The translations under genes were made by a program, and so were the position numbers. A stretch of DNA of 64,000 nt from Botryllus schlosseri (taxonomy: Eukaryota): contig CM119372.1 in the NCBI GenBank assembly GCA_051294905.1, forward strand, positions 27,840,001 through 27,904,000, in the 5' to 3' direction. Below, piece by piece: positions 1 through 13,900 of this stretch. Under the pieces are notes generated by a model, which saw nothing but the letters and a program-made list of their open reading frames with translations, had not been told where the DNA came from and did no database searches. Numbering within the stretch: the first letter of the stretch is position 1; the number at the start of each line of letters is the position of its first letter.

Positions 1-3000
1 CATATGAGTTCCGTCGTACTTTCCATTTGGCCAAAGGCAATTTTGCGGCCATTTTTGACTAGCTCGCCGATCGCTAAATTTGATAAAACGGGTATCAATG
101 GAAAGTTGCTGCTGCAATGATTACGAAAATATCAATTTTATTCGGCGCATAGTCCCGGAACCTCCAACACCAGACTCGATTTTTGGATTGTGATGAAGTT
201 CGGAATTGTGACGCAACAACTCTGTGTGGCTCCTGCTCCTGAGCTGCGTTCCCGTTTTGACCGACAGCTTTGTTGCGTCACAATTTCAAACTGAATACGG
301 GAATCAACCTTGAGTCCTTTTGGACTTTGGATACCTGTCCCACATCTAAATTTTGTCTCTTATCCGTGGCAAGTTTCATTCATCAGAACAAAATCAACGC
401 GTGCACAGTTTATCACTAATCCATATTTGCCTCCAGCCTTGCGTGAGTTAGCAGACCGAGTTACAAAATGCGGATAACGTTTCTTGAAATCCAGCAATCA
501 TCCGTCATGACATGAGAACTGGAATTGTTGTTTTGTGCAGTTGGAGGTATAGATGCTGTAGTTGTTGATGGTAAAGATATGCCCATGATTGCTCGGAAAA
601 TGGAAAAATATTTCATCCACAACATACATACTGATCGTATAAAGCAGGGGGCCCAAACACGCAGCCCGCATGAACGTTTTGTTTGGCCCGCGACAGCATT
701 TTTGGATTTCAAGTATTCGACAATTTATTCAACGGCCACATAACTTTTCTAGATTTGAGAACTTAAAGTTTATTCTAAAACTGCTCCAAAACCCCGAAAT
801 CCCATCAAACTCCACTATCGCATCACTTGCAAGGTGGCGAGATAACGTACAGGTATGATCCTCAGCTACAACACCAACCACCGACCGAGGTCAACTCCAG
901 AATTCCTTCCCAAGTGTTGAAGGTTTATAGGCTCCTACTCGCCATGTTATCCACGTAAGCAGTGTCTTATAAAAGCCTGGAGGTGGGCCATGTTACAAGT
1001 CGGTAAATACGGAATCAAAAATAAAGAATATCGACATGGTATAAGATGACCAATGTAGCCGAAACACCATGAATATCGAACAAACAAGCAAACAACACTT
1101 TCAGAAGCTACCATATGTTTGATGATCAGTTTTATGTCACATTTCTAGTTCATCACGATAAACATGACCAGTTGATGATTCGCGACCGAAAACTGTAATT
1201 TGGACTTGGGCGCGACCGTTCGTGTAATTATTCGAATTCGGACTGACTGGGTGATAAAATGAACTTGATTCGAGTTGAGTCGGGTCAAACGTCAAAATCA
1301 GACGACTTCTGACTCGGAACGCCATGACTTCGCACGACCACGGTCGCAACAAACTATAGCCATATATGAAGAGACCGTATAGCTTGCGTTGTGTAGAGTA
1401 TATAGTTATCTAATCAGGTCAGGATTGAAACCATTGGCATTTTGTTGTCCTCATAGTTATCTACATCCTGGGAGATCTTTGGTCTCATTATCCACGGTAT
1501 TATCACGTGGGGCGATAAAGTGAGTGCATGGTACGTTCCACAGTTGTTACATCAATGGATTCTTTGGCGACCGAGCATTTATATTCCAGGGGTTCTTAAC
1601 AAGGGGTCCTTGGACCCCTTGGGGCTACGAAGCACCACATCAGGGGGTACATCTTATACCGTGTCAAGCTTGGGGTATAGTATGTAGCACGATGGTCATT
1701 TTCAGAGTGCCTTGCGAAGGAATACCCCGACAGCTCTTTAGCGTGGAAACGTTTCAGTTTGACATGTCTCCGACTTAAATTCCCTGTCCTTATTAGATCC
1801 ATTGAATATTTGAATGCGGTCGTTGTCATTAGTATATTGTTTTCGGTATGAGTGAGCCATCAGGGATTACTTTAACGTGTTATGTGCCAGCGGCTTGCCT
1901 GCCAGATCGCAACAACGCATCCCGTAATCTAATTTTGCAATTTCAGGCGCGTAGCCAAACAGCCGTGAGTACTGGACAGTCGAACGCAGTGGTTCTTAAC
2001 CTTTTACCTGCAGCGCCTCTTTTCGTAAATATTTTCTTTCGTAATATATTTACAATACCTCGCTAGATGGGGTGTTATTATGCGAGCAACTATGTATGCG
2101 CGCGGGGGTTGGACAACCACAAAGTTTGGACCTTTTACAAATTAGATTAGAATTGGTGTTGTAGCTACACAGTTATCCCAAAAAAAGATTAGAATTAGAA
2201 TTATCGAATTCCATTCAAATAGTCTGTATCAACTCAGAATTCATTCTCATCAGCAAGAGAATGACAAATGTCTGTACAGCAAGCAAGTGTGCAACGAGTG
2301 GGTGTTGGAAAAGTGCGGTGCCAAAAATATCGGCGGCGATAAGACCTTGGCCAAAAATTAACATCAGTTGTTGCGTAAGACCTTCGATATTGATATATGT
2401 CCAGTCGTCGAAATGGTCAGCAACGAATAGTCCAGTCCTTGCAATCTGAGTAGAAAGTAGTGCAAATGCAATACAAATACGACCTACCGAGAAAAAAATG
2501 CACCATAGTTTGAAATCGTGTGCGTCAGACATGGTTCACAACTGTTGTCTGCTCAGCGCGTTCTTCGTGTCATACATGCTAGTAAAAGCGTAGCATACTA
2601 TTATTTAAAATGCATTCCTGTGGATGTGTGAGGCTTGGGTCGCGACATGCCTCTAAAACTCATATTTGGGTCCCGGTCTGACAAGTTTCAGAGCCACTGC
2701 TGCAGGAAAACTGTATAGTCAGTGCGAAACGAGAAAGTTTGCTGTAAATGTACAGTCATTTGTCATTCTTATGCTCATGAGACTGAATTACAATTTGATA
2801 TGAACAGAAGGTAACCAATGTTCCCTCTAATTTTTCACGAGTCCACTCACCAACTTACTGCTTGGTCCCCTGGACAACAGTGCGTAACGACTAAAAAAAG
2901 GTTATCACTTCGGATTTTCTGGGCGCGGAGACCATGACAGCACTGCGCAATTGCGCGCGTGCGCAGCTTAGAGTGAACATTGAACGTAACCCGATGTTCA

Positions 3001-3966
3001 AGTTTTCGCAAATTCAGTAATTATAATTATAATCAGATTTGTGAAAACTATGTAGCCATATTTCTAATTCTAATTCTAATTCCAATGTGTTGTGGAAAAG
3101 CTGACAATGTTCTAGTTGTCCAGGTCTGGCAAGGATCCGTGTTGATTGTGTTGATTTCAACACAGCGATGTCTGTTATGGCTGACAGCTGATCAAGGAAA
3201 CCATTCCAAATCGTTCCTCATAGTTTGAAGAATGTTTCATTTCAAGCTCAATCACGTATTGAATCAAATGTTATTGAATAGACCTACATATGCAAATTGC
3301 GAATTCTTCACCTTTCGCGTCGAATACTAAGTAATCGTTTTAGCAATACACTGAAAATCACGGAAGGCCGCCGGCAGCATTATCAATATGCAAATTGACT
3401 CACGATACGCCGTAATCCGTGTTTTCCCACCGGCATATGTAGCAAGAAATCTAAGAGCAGTTACTACGGACGTCGAGGGAAGCTTGAAAAATGTGATAAA
3501 GCGTCTTCATCACTTTACAATCGTTCGTTATCAACAAAGTGCGGTTGAACGCACAGCGGGGTTTGACAAATCGGAGGTTTGGGGATTTAGACTTGATCAG
3601 GCTCGTCAGAAGTATAGGGGGAAGAAGTATAACATTTGAGAATTATACGCTATAACAGTGCTCTTCAACCGGGGTGGTCGTACACCCTAGGGTGTACCAG
3701 AATTCGCAAAGGGTGTACCACTCGGATGGGGTGTACAGGGGTGTACTAGATCCGAGTAACAATGAGCCGATGGCTAGCTATCACAAATGCTGGTTTATAG
3801 GTCAGTACAGACAGGTTGACGCACAAGTTAACGAGCAATGTGGTACAATGTTATCTCAAGTGTAATACTGTACACCGCTTGATTGTGATGTCATAAGCAA
3901 ATATTAGCCGTCGGCAATAGACCAATGGTTCCGTTTGATGTTGTAAAGTATGCAGTTAACAAACAT

Positions 3967-4335
3967 TAGGCTTACCATATTTTGAAAATGTAAAAAGAGG
4001 AGACTTTTTCAGAAATTTGCAGGATGCAAAACCGGAGTAGAATTCTCAAAAACCGGTGAATTTTACCCACTTTGTGGTCGGTTGACTAAAAAAAAAAGGT
4101 CAGCTTTTCGCTCAGAGCTAAATTCACCGTTTTTCACACCGAAATATCCGCCGGACCGTCACTTCTGTGCTAATTTTCGGCATATCACTCGCAATTTGCT
4201 ATAAATCTGACCTAAATTTTCAAAAAAGAGGACAAAATCTCAAAAAAGAGGACAAAAGGGCGTCCTCCGAGGACACTTTCAAAAAAGTCAAAAAAGAGGA
4301 CAAATCCACTTAAAAGAGGACGTATGGTAAGCCTA
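3967..4335 (+). mobile_element. MITE (TAGG-ended, 8-bp TSD, hAT-like), copy 1
   Basis: TIRs TAGGCTTACCATA / TATGGTAAGCCTA; TSD ACAAACAT on both sides; related copies at 4860 and 10575. Confidence 0.85.
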
Positions 4336-4859
4336 ACAAACATGTGTTCAGCTAGTCATTTGTATTTTATTGATTTGTGAGGAAACCGCCGCGATAGCCC
4401 AGACTTTTTGAATCCGTGCTTCCTACCCGACGCTAATAAATACCGCAATGCACATAAATGAAGTGACGTAGCTAGCCAGGGTCGAAACAGCTTCCATATT
4501 GAAATCGAAACCCTTTTGTTTTAAAATGCCGATTGTATGTCCAATCTTTCGCCATACATTTGCAATCTAGTATTCTGTTATAAGTGATGTAAATTAGCGA
4601 CAATAGACTGTGTATAGCGGCATACGATCTGAGGTTACTGACATCTCTTGCAGCCCATGTGCTACTATAGACTGTGTGTGGTGTGTGGCAGGCCTGATGC
4701 GCAGTAGGCTGGTGCGCCTGCTATCATCGCTGATCTGAATTACCGCTTCTGCTGCATTAGCTTTACCTACTCTCCCCCCAATACTGTTACATTTAGGTTG
4801 ATTATCGTTCGTTATATCATGTTGTTTTTGCTCTGACACGAAATAAATTCCAATTTGCG

Positions 4860-5338
4860 TAGGGTTACCATACGTCCTCTTTTAAGAGGATTTGTCCGAT
4901 TTTTTGACTTTTTTTAAAGTGTCCTCGGAGGACGCCCTTTTGTCTTCCTTTTTTGTAGATTTTGTCCTCTTTTATGAAAATTTAGGTCAGATTTATAGCA
5001 AATTGCGAGTGATATGCCGAAAATTAGCACAGAAGTGACGAGCCGGTCAGATTTAGAGCAAATTGATATGCCGTAAATCAGCACAGCGGGTATTTCGGAG
5101 TGCAAAACTGTGATTTTAGCTCTGAGTTAAAAGTTGACCTTTTTTTAGTCATCCACCTAGCAATGCGGAGAGCAAAACGATATTTTGAACTCTGAGCGGA
5201 AAGATGACCTTTTTTTTAGTCAATTGATCACAAAGTGGGAAAAATTCACCGGTTTTTTAGAATTCTTCTCCGGTTTTGCAAGTCTCAAATTTCTGAAAAA
5301 GTGTCCTCTTTTTAGATTTCCAAAATATGGTAAGCCTA
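4860..5338 (-). mobile_element. MITE, same family, copy 2 (inverted)
   Basis: Reverse-complement similarity to 3967-4335; flanks AATTTGCG / AACTTGCG (7 of 8 match). Confidence 0.8.
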
Positions 5339-6003
5339 AACTTGCGTGGCGGGCTGCTCAACTGGCTGCGAATAGGCTCTGTGACCAAATACTATTTTAT
5401 TCAAATCCATTTTTTTTACGGCAATACCTCCGCTTCTACTGGTCGGAATTGAACCAAATTTGAAGAACATAGTTTTTATAGACAACCTAATACTTTCATG
5501 GGGTGAACAGAAAAATTTCAAATTTTTCGTTATTTATTTTTGTATAGTAAATAGAAACTTTCCTCTACCGTAGAAAGGCGGCTACTAGTTGGAATTGAAC
5601 CAAATTTGGTGTGTAGGCTTAAAGGTCATCTATATCGTCAAATACAACTTTATCTTATATTGAAGAGCTTTTCATGCTGAACATTTATAGCTAAAAACGA
5701 CTGCCGAAAAACGCAGCATGACGGAGAATTTTTAAGTTGAATGTTGAGAATCCCGACCTTACAAAATACGAGCTGCGAGTCAGTGATGCGTTGTATGACG
5801 TCAGATTGTGTGCAAAGTCGGCAAGTCGCCAAGGCAATCCAACGCTAGTTAGTTAGCAACGCTAAATAATAATGGAAAGAGATACCAGTGATACATCTAG
5901 AAGCGGAAGTTATTCGGAGGAATTTTCGGACGAAGGTATCAATTATATGTGATATCAAAGAAATATATAGCCAACGCCTTTTAATTAATCTACTTGTGAT
6001 TTT

Positions 6004-6625
6004 AGACGTTCTTGATCCTACCGAGTTAGAACCCATGGTTTCGGATGGAGAGGTCAGCACCATCAATCCAACCCCAGTACCTGACAGCAATAGCACAAGA
6101 CAAGGCAATATCGAATGGTGATTATAGCGATCCCTCTCGTCACTTGTCCAGCATGTGTTCAATACTATATTTTATCTATAAGGTGCCAGTGCTCGCTGTG
6201 CCATGTTATGCCAACAGGCAGAGAATCAGTGTGCTGTAAGGAGCTCAGCTACGTACGCGACCGTTTGGACTATCCTAGCATTAAGTGCATCACGGAGCAC
6301 CCTGGATTTTCTTCGGTCTGTTTGGATAGATGGGTTCTTGAAACAGCATATTATGGGTATAGGCAGCAATATGGAAGGCAGTCGACAAGCAGTTACACAC
6401 TACACGAGTAGGCTACGTGTAGGTACATATTCAGCTCAGCAACTATGTATATCAATTCTCAATTGCAGGAAATTGAGGCATACATCGTACCGTAATTTTG
6501 CGTGATGGATATGGGGATGGTGTGGCAGAGACAACAGGAAAGTTTTACCTTCGTGTGTGGTGACAAGAATCAGAAAAGAATTTACCTCTGACAGCTATAA
6601 AGGATTCGTTTTTAATCATTCATGA
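6004..6625 (+). pseudogene. KolX-like Cys-rich accessory gene (P2X7 C-terminal ballast-like domain), spliced, with premature stop; 5' end approximate
   Basis: GT-AG introns 6118-6182 and 6408-6468 join WCQCSLCHVMPTGRESVCC..CITEHPGFSSVCL..LRHTSYRNFA*WIWGWCGRDNRKVLPSCVVTRIRKEF..YKGF; in-frame TGA at 6503-6505. Confidence 0.8.
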
Positions 6626-7455
6626 ATATATTTGTTGAGAAGTAAAGATGTCGTTCTACGAAAGTCAATGTAGTTAGTGAGTAGATGGATTGTGCAGTGT
6701 ATACAGATACAGTCGAAGCAGCCACTGCTGGCACTTAGGCAGAACCATGTAAAAAAGTAGCAAGTAAGAAGTAAGTGCTATAGGCCTAGTCTGATCTCAA
6801 AAACAGAAAATTGTCGAGTAGAAGTAGCACGAGTAACCAATATCTACGTAAAGTACTATATTACTAGCCCCCTGGTAATCTATTAGTAGCACGATACATT
6901 CCTTGTTGTAACGGCATTAGTACTGTAGGCCCTGTTGTGGTCACTGAACTGCCTATACGATTCTAGATGTAGAGCTGTCTTCCTTTTTTCTGCCAGCGCC
7001 ACAAAGTCCTGTAAGTTTCCCTATGTAATTACACGCGATCCTGAAGTATTATCGGTATATTGATTGAAAGTACCAATTGATCGATGATACTTATATTCAA
7101 ATGATAAGACAATACGGTATTGAAATAGATCGAAACAACATAGTTTTGAAGACCCAGCAAGATCGATAAATATAGTGCCGAACGTCTGGTGGGCCGATTA
7201 CTAGTGATACGTACAGAGTACCCTATCACACCTATATCCAGAATGTTTCCTTAGACATGACCAAGAAATGATGTCGAGCATGCGCAATCAAGCGAATACA
7301 AATATGGCTCTCAAACTATAGACCCCCCAATAAACATGAAATGCCCATCGTAACAGGCCTACACAGCAACTCATTTGCCAATCGGTACAAATTACCACGC
7401 TACCCACATATGCATATAGCATGAATTGAAAATATATAATAAAGTGGTCCATCTT

Positions 7456-8148
7456 TCAAGTGTGATGGTATCTGCTTCTGTGAGATCTGATTGCATCACT
7501 TCTCTCTGTTTTTTCTGACAGTGATGCAAGAGGTGGTGGTATTTCTGTCTTCTCCAAAGGCAATCCGAACGTGATACGACGCTCGACTTCGGCAATCAGT
7601 TTCTCACAGTAGTCATATGTAGCATCCTCAAGAACTTTCTGAACTGAGCAGCCCTTCTTGTATTTGTGATATTTCACAGCATAAAGAGGTGTTCCAGCAG
7701 TACTTAGCCGATGCTTCCTCGACACGTTTTCATTAAAATGAAGTACCGCTAGCTGCATTCTTGCTTTCTGGCTCGAGTAGTGGTAATGGTATAATTTCGG
7801 ACAGAAGTGATTGAGGAGTGCGTTGAAGGTCTCGTTGCCCGAAGTATTGCTGGAATTTGAAAGCTGTCGTAGGTCTTTGCACATTGATTTTGAATATAGC
7901 ACTTCCATAACTTTGTCGTAAGCGAATGAATCCGGATTGAACCAATGTCGAGGTCTTGACAATTCACCATGCTCACAAACTGGGAAAGAATCATTGTTTG
8001 GGTGTTCATGTACATTAATTATGTGCTGACCAACTGCACTCCAAATTTGCTGATTAAGCTCTGGGTTGCCATTCCCACGTCTCGCACAGAAGTAAACCTG
8101 GCTGCCCAATGACTTTTGCCAACGTCCATATTCCTCGATACACGCCAA
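7456..8148 (-). pseudogene. C-terminal half of a Kolobok DDE transposase
   Basis: Motifs HIINVH..CEHG..W, TSGNETFNALLNHFCPK, ARMQLAVLHFNEN; N-terminal part absent before the TIR. Confidence 0.75.
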
Positions 8149-9027
8149 AGTCGCTAATCACTTTATCAGAAATAAGGAACAAGACAACAGATCGCAAAAT
8201 ATGTACCACGATGAGTGAGCAACAGAAATAAAACTGCACACAATCTGATGTCATCACACGCTCGACTGATTTTGTGTCGTTTCAGCGGGGGGTTGCTGTT
8301 TTACGACCGATATCTTGAAAAATACTCATTTTCTGCCAAAACCATATGTATTTTCAAAATCAGTGGAAATATATCTACCGAATAATGGAAAGTCGATTTA
8401 ACCGATGAAGATGTCCTTTAAGTTAGGTAACCTAACAATTTTATCAAGTAGCCAGTACGATTTGAGAAAAATAGTCATGTTTGAAGACCCCTAATGAACA
8501 GGGGTGTACGAGTTTTCAGCAAACCTTAAAAGGGTGTACCACGTCGAAAAAGGTTGAAGAGCACTGCGCTATAAAACAGTGATTCCCAAACTGAGGTATG
8601 CGTACAACTACAGAGGTACGCGGGGCATCTCAAGTGGTACGCCAGTAACTTATTCAGTGAACCTCTAAATTTCTGAATTGAAAATAATATCTAGATCAAG
8701 ATTTCTATTTTGCTTTAGATCCGTGTAACGGTGGGGCCACCAAAACTAGATCGTATAAGTGAGGCAAGGAAGCTTCATGTGCTCAGGTGCTGAGAATCTT
8801 AAAATGTAACGATGATTACCTAATGGCACAAGCAATGTAGTATGCTCGATTACTCGTGGCTCAATCGCGGCCACTGATGGTTGATAACAATCAGACGCAT
8901 CGATCGTCATCATTTTACGACTGCAGAGTGCAGAGCAGGCCAAGAGTGACCTATATACAACAAAAAGCTCACGAAGCTTATTTTATAACTGCTGCAAGAA
9001 CTTTTTTGAATAAATATAGCTAATCTT

Positions 9028-9637
9028 TTGAAACTTTCAAGCGATTTGCTCAGAAGATTCGGTGTCGTAAACATAAAAGATATGCGGAAACTAGAAATTG
9101 CAAAGTATATGTATCAGTTCCACTGCGGCCACTGCCCCGATAACTTCAATAACTTCTTTACCTCGGTATCAAAAGTGCATAAGTACGACACACGTGCGTC
9201 GACGTTGTCCAACGACTATATGGTAGACGGATAAGATCATCGATCTACCAAATATTCCGGACCAGATTTGTGGAACAGTATCTCGCCGGCTATAATCAAC
9301 ATTCATCCAGCATGTTCAGATTGTCCACATTCAAGTTGAAATACAAACAATATCTACTGAATAAATACTAATTAATACTCTATTTTACCGGACCACGACC
9401 TGACATATCGATCTCAGAATCCGACACATGTCACCTTTTTTCACCTGTCCTTTCATATTATCTTCCTATACCTTTCATTCAGTGTGCATGCCTCCTTTGT
9501 TACATCGCCTAAGCCAGGTGGGTGTCTGACATCGAAGACCACGCCAAGTCGTTTTGAACCCTTCCTATCTTTCATTGTATCGCAGTTTTTTGCTGTATTG
9601 AAATGATGATAATTGAAGCTATAAATTGAATTGAATT
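9028..9637 (+). mobile_element. 5'-truncated LINE (CR1/L2-like) ORF2 C-terminus and 3' tail
   Basis: KLEIAKYMYQF..P..FNNFF..HKYDTR, then KYSGPDLWNSI and FKLKYKQYLL; ends in short (AATTG)n. Confidence 0.65.
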
Positions 9638-10574
9638 AGCTGTACCTGGATTTGTTATTCATCAAACTTAGTCACATTTTCAAGAGATTCCATACCGGAT
9701 CAGCCTACCATAATCTTGCCTTCACAGCAAACCATTTGTGCCAAACTGATATAGGTACTGGTGATTTGTGGTGGTCTTCAGCACTCTCGAGCTAGTAACC
9801 TCTGGTGGTACGTGATGTTTCGAAACGGTTACCTGTGCTCAGTAAAAATGCTCGAAATGGTACGCGCTTCCAAAAAATTAGGGAAACGTTGCCATGGAAC
9901 TTAAAGATTCTGCATACAAAAACGTGAATGTTTCTTGGCTATTACGACGGTTCATTTTGGTGAGGGGTGGAGGTCGAGTTACCGTAGGCCTATATCCTGT
10001 TTTAACAGGAGTTGTCTTTTTCTTTCGAGAGATTGAAAGTGTCCTCGGGGGACGCCCAAATGTTCTCTTTTTGGGGATTTTGTCCTCTTTTATTGAACGT
10101 GTTAAAATGCGAGCAGAAATTAGACTCTGACGCACCGAACGTCAGGGTTGACATGACGAAAAACGAAAAATACGCTCCGAAGAGTAATTCCAGAGCGACA
10201 GCGGAAAAATGATCTTTTTTCTAATTAACTTGCCCAAAGGTGGGTATTTCGGGATTCGAGTCGATAAATTTTTTTAGTAAACCCCATATATTCCTCTAAA
10301 AAACATCGATTTTTCCGTTTTTTATTCCGGCATTGTAGCTGTAAAAAAAATTTAAAAAGTTTCCTTTTTCTCGGATTTCAAAACACCCTGACCCTGGGTG
10401 GAGGGAGTCGATACTTTATCGTTGTCCATGGACCGCTAGTTGAAACAGTTTGGGAAACTCTTGTTTAGGCTTACTGGTAAGGTTTGCTTGTGTTATAGAG
10501 TTAGGGTTGTTTTGAATGACTTGCTGTCTTGACACTGACTGTTTTCAATGCGAGCCATATAATTATATATATAT

Positions 10575-10942
10575 TAGGCTTACCATATTTTGGAAATCTA
10601 AAAAGAGGACACTTTTTCAGAAATTTGAGACTTGCAAAACTGGAGAAGAATTCTCAAAAATCGGTCAATTTTTCTCACTTTGTGATCGGTTGACTAAAAA
10701 AAAAGGTCAACTTTTCGCTCAAAGCTCAAATCACCGTTTTTCACTCCGAAATACCCTGCGGAGCGTCAGTTCTGTGCTAATTTACGGCATATAGCTCGCA
10801 TTTTGCTCCAAATTTGACCTCGATTTTCAAAAAAGTGGACAAAATCTCAAAAAAGAGGACAAAAGGGCGTCCTCCGAGGACACTTTCAAAAAAGTCAAAA
10901 AAGAGGACAAATCCTCTTAAAAGAGGACGTATGGTAACCCTA
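10575..10942 (+). mobile_element. MITE, same family as 3967-4335, copy 3
   Basis: TAGGCTTACCATA..TATGGTAACCCTA flanked by ATATATAT on both sides. Confidence 0.8.
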
Positions 10943-10992
10943 ATATATATATATATTGTTTTACAGACATACGATATTTTTAATACGCAAAT

Positions 10993-13900
10993 ATGTTGGA
11001 TATTGTAAAAACTAACTTATTTAGTGTTTGGTTTTTCGGCGTTACTTTCCGAATGTCACTTTCCGATGATTCCTGTGTAACTGAGGGGTATGATTTGTGC
11101 ACAGAACGTGGTAAAAACTGTATTGCGTATCTCGGTGAGTACTGTTATACTTCATGGTGCGACAGCTGCTTTGTCCCGAGTTTCGTACATCTGCGCGCAG
11201 TGAAATAGTGTTATGATTCAAAGAGCTTTTTGGGGGTACACAACTTCAATATATAATTAAATAGTATATTCATATTGAAGTGAACCCGGATATTTTCGGC
11301 TGACACTCGTCAGGGGTAATCGTCCGCAACTAGTAGAGAATGGGAAAGATCATTGTATATCAACAATCGTATCTCGAAATACGATGTCACCAGGATGAAA
11401 TGAGATCTCAAATAAGAGAGCGTTCAATGTACTGTTTTAAGATGGTGCACGTACTCCTTTTGTTGGCAAAGCTTTGACTCATGTATTTCGATAAAGGTCG
11501 ACTCCAAGGCACACAGATGAAAGTGTGAGCGGCCCCACCCGATGACGTGAAGTCGCGTCTCGATCATTTTTCGCACAGGCGGAATTATCCAACAGATGTT
11601 TGTCAATGGCAGAATTTATGGTTATGATTCAATACGGAACTATTGCTGTATACATGAGTTTTGAGAACCTGACGGGTCATAGAGTTAAAGTGAGCAGCGC
11701 ACTTTGGTCTGGTTAACTTCGTTAACATTGACCTTCTTGAATTCGATGTTTGACTTCCAAAATTGCGATGTTAGAAACACTTTGATTATAATGGATTTTG
11801 TCGAGTTCCAACAGATCGATTTTATTATTTTTTTACTTGTAAGCAATTGAATCCATTGTGCGTGTGAGCACTGTGGAACAGTGTATATAGTCATAGGGCT
11901 ACTCAAATGGTGGACAGCGGTCCTTACACGTGCCTTTTTTTTATTGTTGAATTGAATCCGAATCTTATCTTTCTCAAATTCGAAACTAATTTACTTGGTT
12001 TTCGCAAATTAGCAGTACAAATTCTCGTGATGTTTGGGAGTACTTGTAGCTGCGAGTCACACGTGGACTTTATAAGGAGTCAATTTCGCGTCTGTATGGC
12101 GGTTTATCACCACTTTGGGACCAGGATTTAAAGATATATTTCGCTTATTGCTGTTTCTAATACCGCTGTACCGGATTTCATGTAGTTACACCCTATTACA
12201 GTATCACACTGTAAATTATTTCATAGAGAGTTATACCTGACATAGGCAAATTTTGAGCCAATCGGGTATATCCCCCGTGTATATGTAGGTACCCAGATGC
12301 AGATCATCGTCATTTGTTCCACTATTTACAGCAAGGATACAACGTTATATTCATGGTTGCCATCTCGTCCGTCAAGACCTCTTTCCGAAAAAATATTCAT
12401 ACTCCGATGACATGATGTTCTTCCACACGAACAACATTACGCTGTCTGACGAATCAACCACAACTAGGGCTTACTCTGTATATTACGGGTAATGCTGCAT
12501 GCATGGATTGAGTTATGTTGTATTATGATTTTCCGTTGTTGCTGTTGTCTGGACTCATATTGTTTCCAATGAAGCTCGAACGATATGGAAACTTTGAGCC
12601 GATTCCGATACAATCGATATCCAACACCGTCATCGATAACCCCGATACATTCAGCCGATATCCAAAAGATATAGCATCTATCTATAGCTTAAGACGCATT
12701 TACAAAACTTCAGAGTGCCTATTTGAACAACTTTACAGCCATTTATATGCTTGGACAAGAACATGAAATATTAAACTAAAAAGGCTACATCTTTCCACCT
12801 GTCAACTAGAAAAAATATACCAATATTCCCAGTCTACTAGTCGCAGATTTTAGTTTTACGACTCCCCTGCCATCATGTTGCAACGTCATGGAACTTGTCG
12901 ATATTTATCTTACTTTTAATGGTCGATACCGGTGTTTCTTTCAAAGTTTGGTAACGTCTTGACATTATCGGCGAACCGATAACACTGGTCTACAAATTAT
13001 GACAAAATTTTTGCGCCGAGAATTTTATTTGATTGATTTAGGCCAGTTTATGGCTGCTGACTCAGAATTTCCCCATCACGTCAGATTATTTACGTGTGAA
13101 TTTTTTTCTTTTTCATAAATCAATCGAATTTCGGCTTTCGTTAGTGAAATCACGGTAAGCATACAACAGTAACAGATCAAATATTGTTATTGAAATCATC
13201 TATCATGAAACCTGGGTTGTTGTAGTACAGAATGAGTGAGTTTTCGGTGAACTTGAATCCAGTGATTCTTTATCTTCGTTCACTCAAAAGCTCTTCTCGA
13301 TCCATAAAACTACACTGGTCTACAGATTTGAAAAATATTTTAATGATTTATTTTGGCTAATTTCAAGTTGCTGAATCCGATTCTGTCGTCAGAATTTCTT
13401 TATCACGTCAGATTTTTTTAGTGTGTATTTTCCCATTTTCATAAATTAATCAAATTTCGGCTTTCGTTAGTGACATTACGGTCAGCGTACAACAGCAAAC
13501 GATCAAATATTGTTATTGAAATCATTTTAATGAAGAAACCTTGGTTGTTGTAGAACAGACTAACTGAGTTTTCGGTGAACTTGAATCCAGTGCTTCTCTA
13601 TCTTCTTTCGATTAGGACCTCTTTTCGACCTAAAAATTTATATGTGGATGCAACTATTTTTAGTAGGTAGCAATTATCATCTTTATATACCACTCTTCGT
13701 TTACAGATTGGGTTTAGTAGCTTTGTCCCTAGTTTAGTTCCATACGTTATCAATTTTTATACATCCGTCCTGCAGACTTAATCGGTCAATGCATTTTTGA
13801 CACCACAATGCTCTTTCTTAAAACGTAAAAGTTTGCAAACAACAAACATTGTATTATTGATATATTACGTAGAAGAGAATTGTTCACTCTGGTACATGAC

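Larger units (their letters stand above)
5623..8417. mobile_element. Kolobok DNA transposon, internally deleted
   Basis: TTAA TSD (5619-5622, 8418-8421); ends AGGTCATCT / AGATGTCCT; empty-site paralog near 19841-19910 has a single TTAA; convergent KolX-like and transposase genes. Confidence 0.85.
3656..8566. mobile_element. Non-autonomous hAT-type DNA transposon carrying nested insertions
   Basis: TIRs CAGTGCTCTTCAACC / GGTTGAAGAGCACTG; perfect 8-bp TSD CGCTATAA at 3648-3655 and 8567-8574. Confidence 0.85.
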
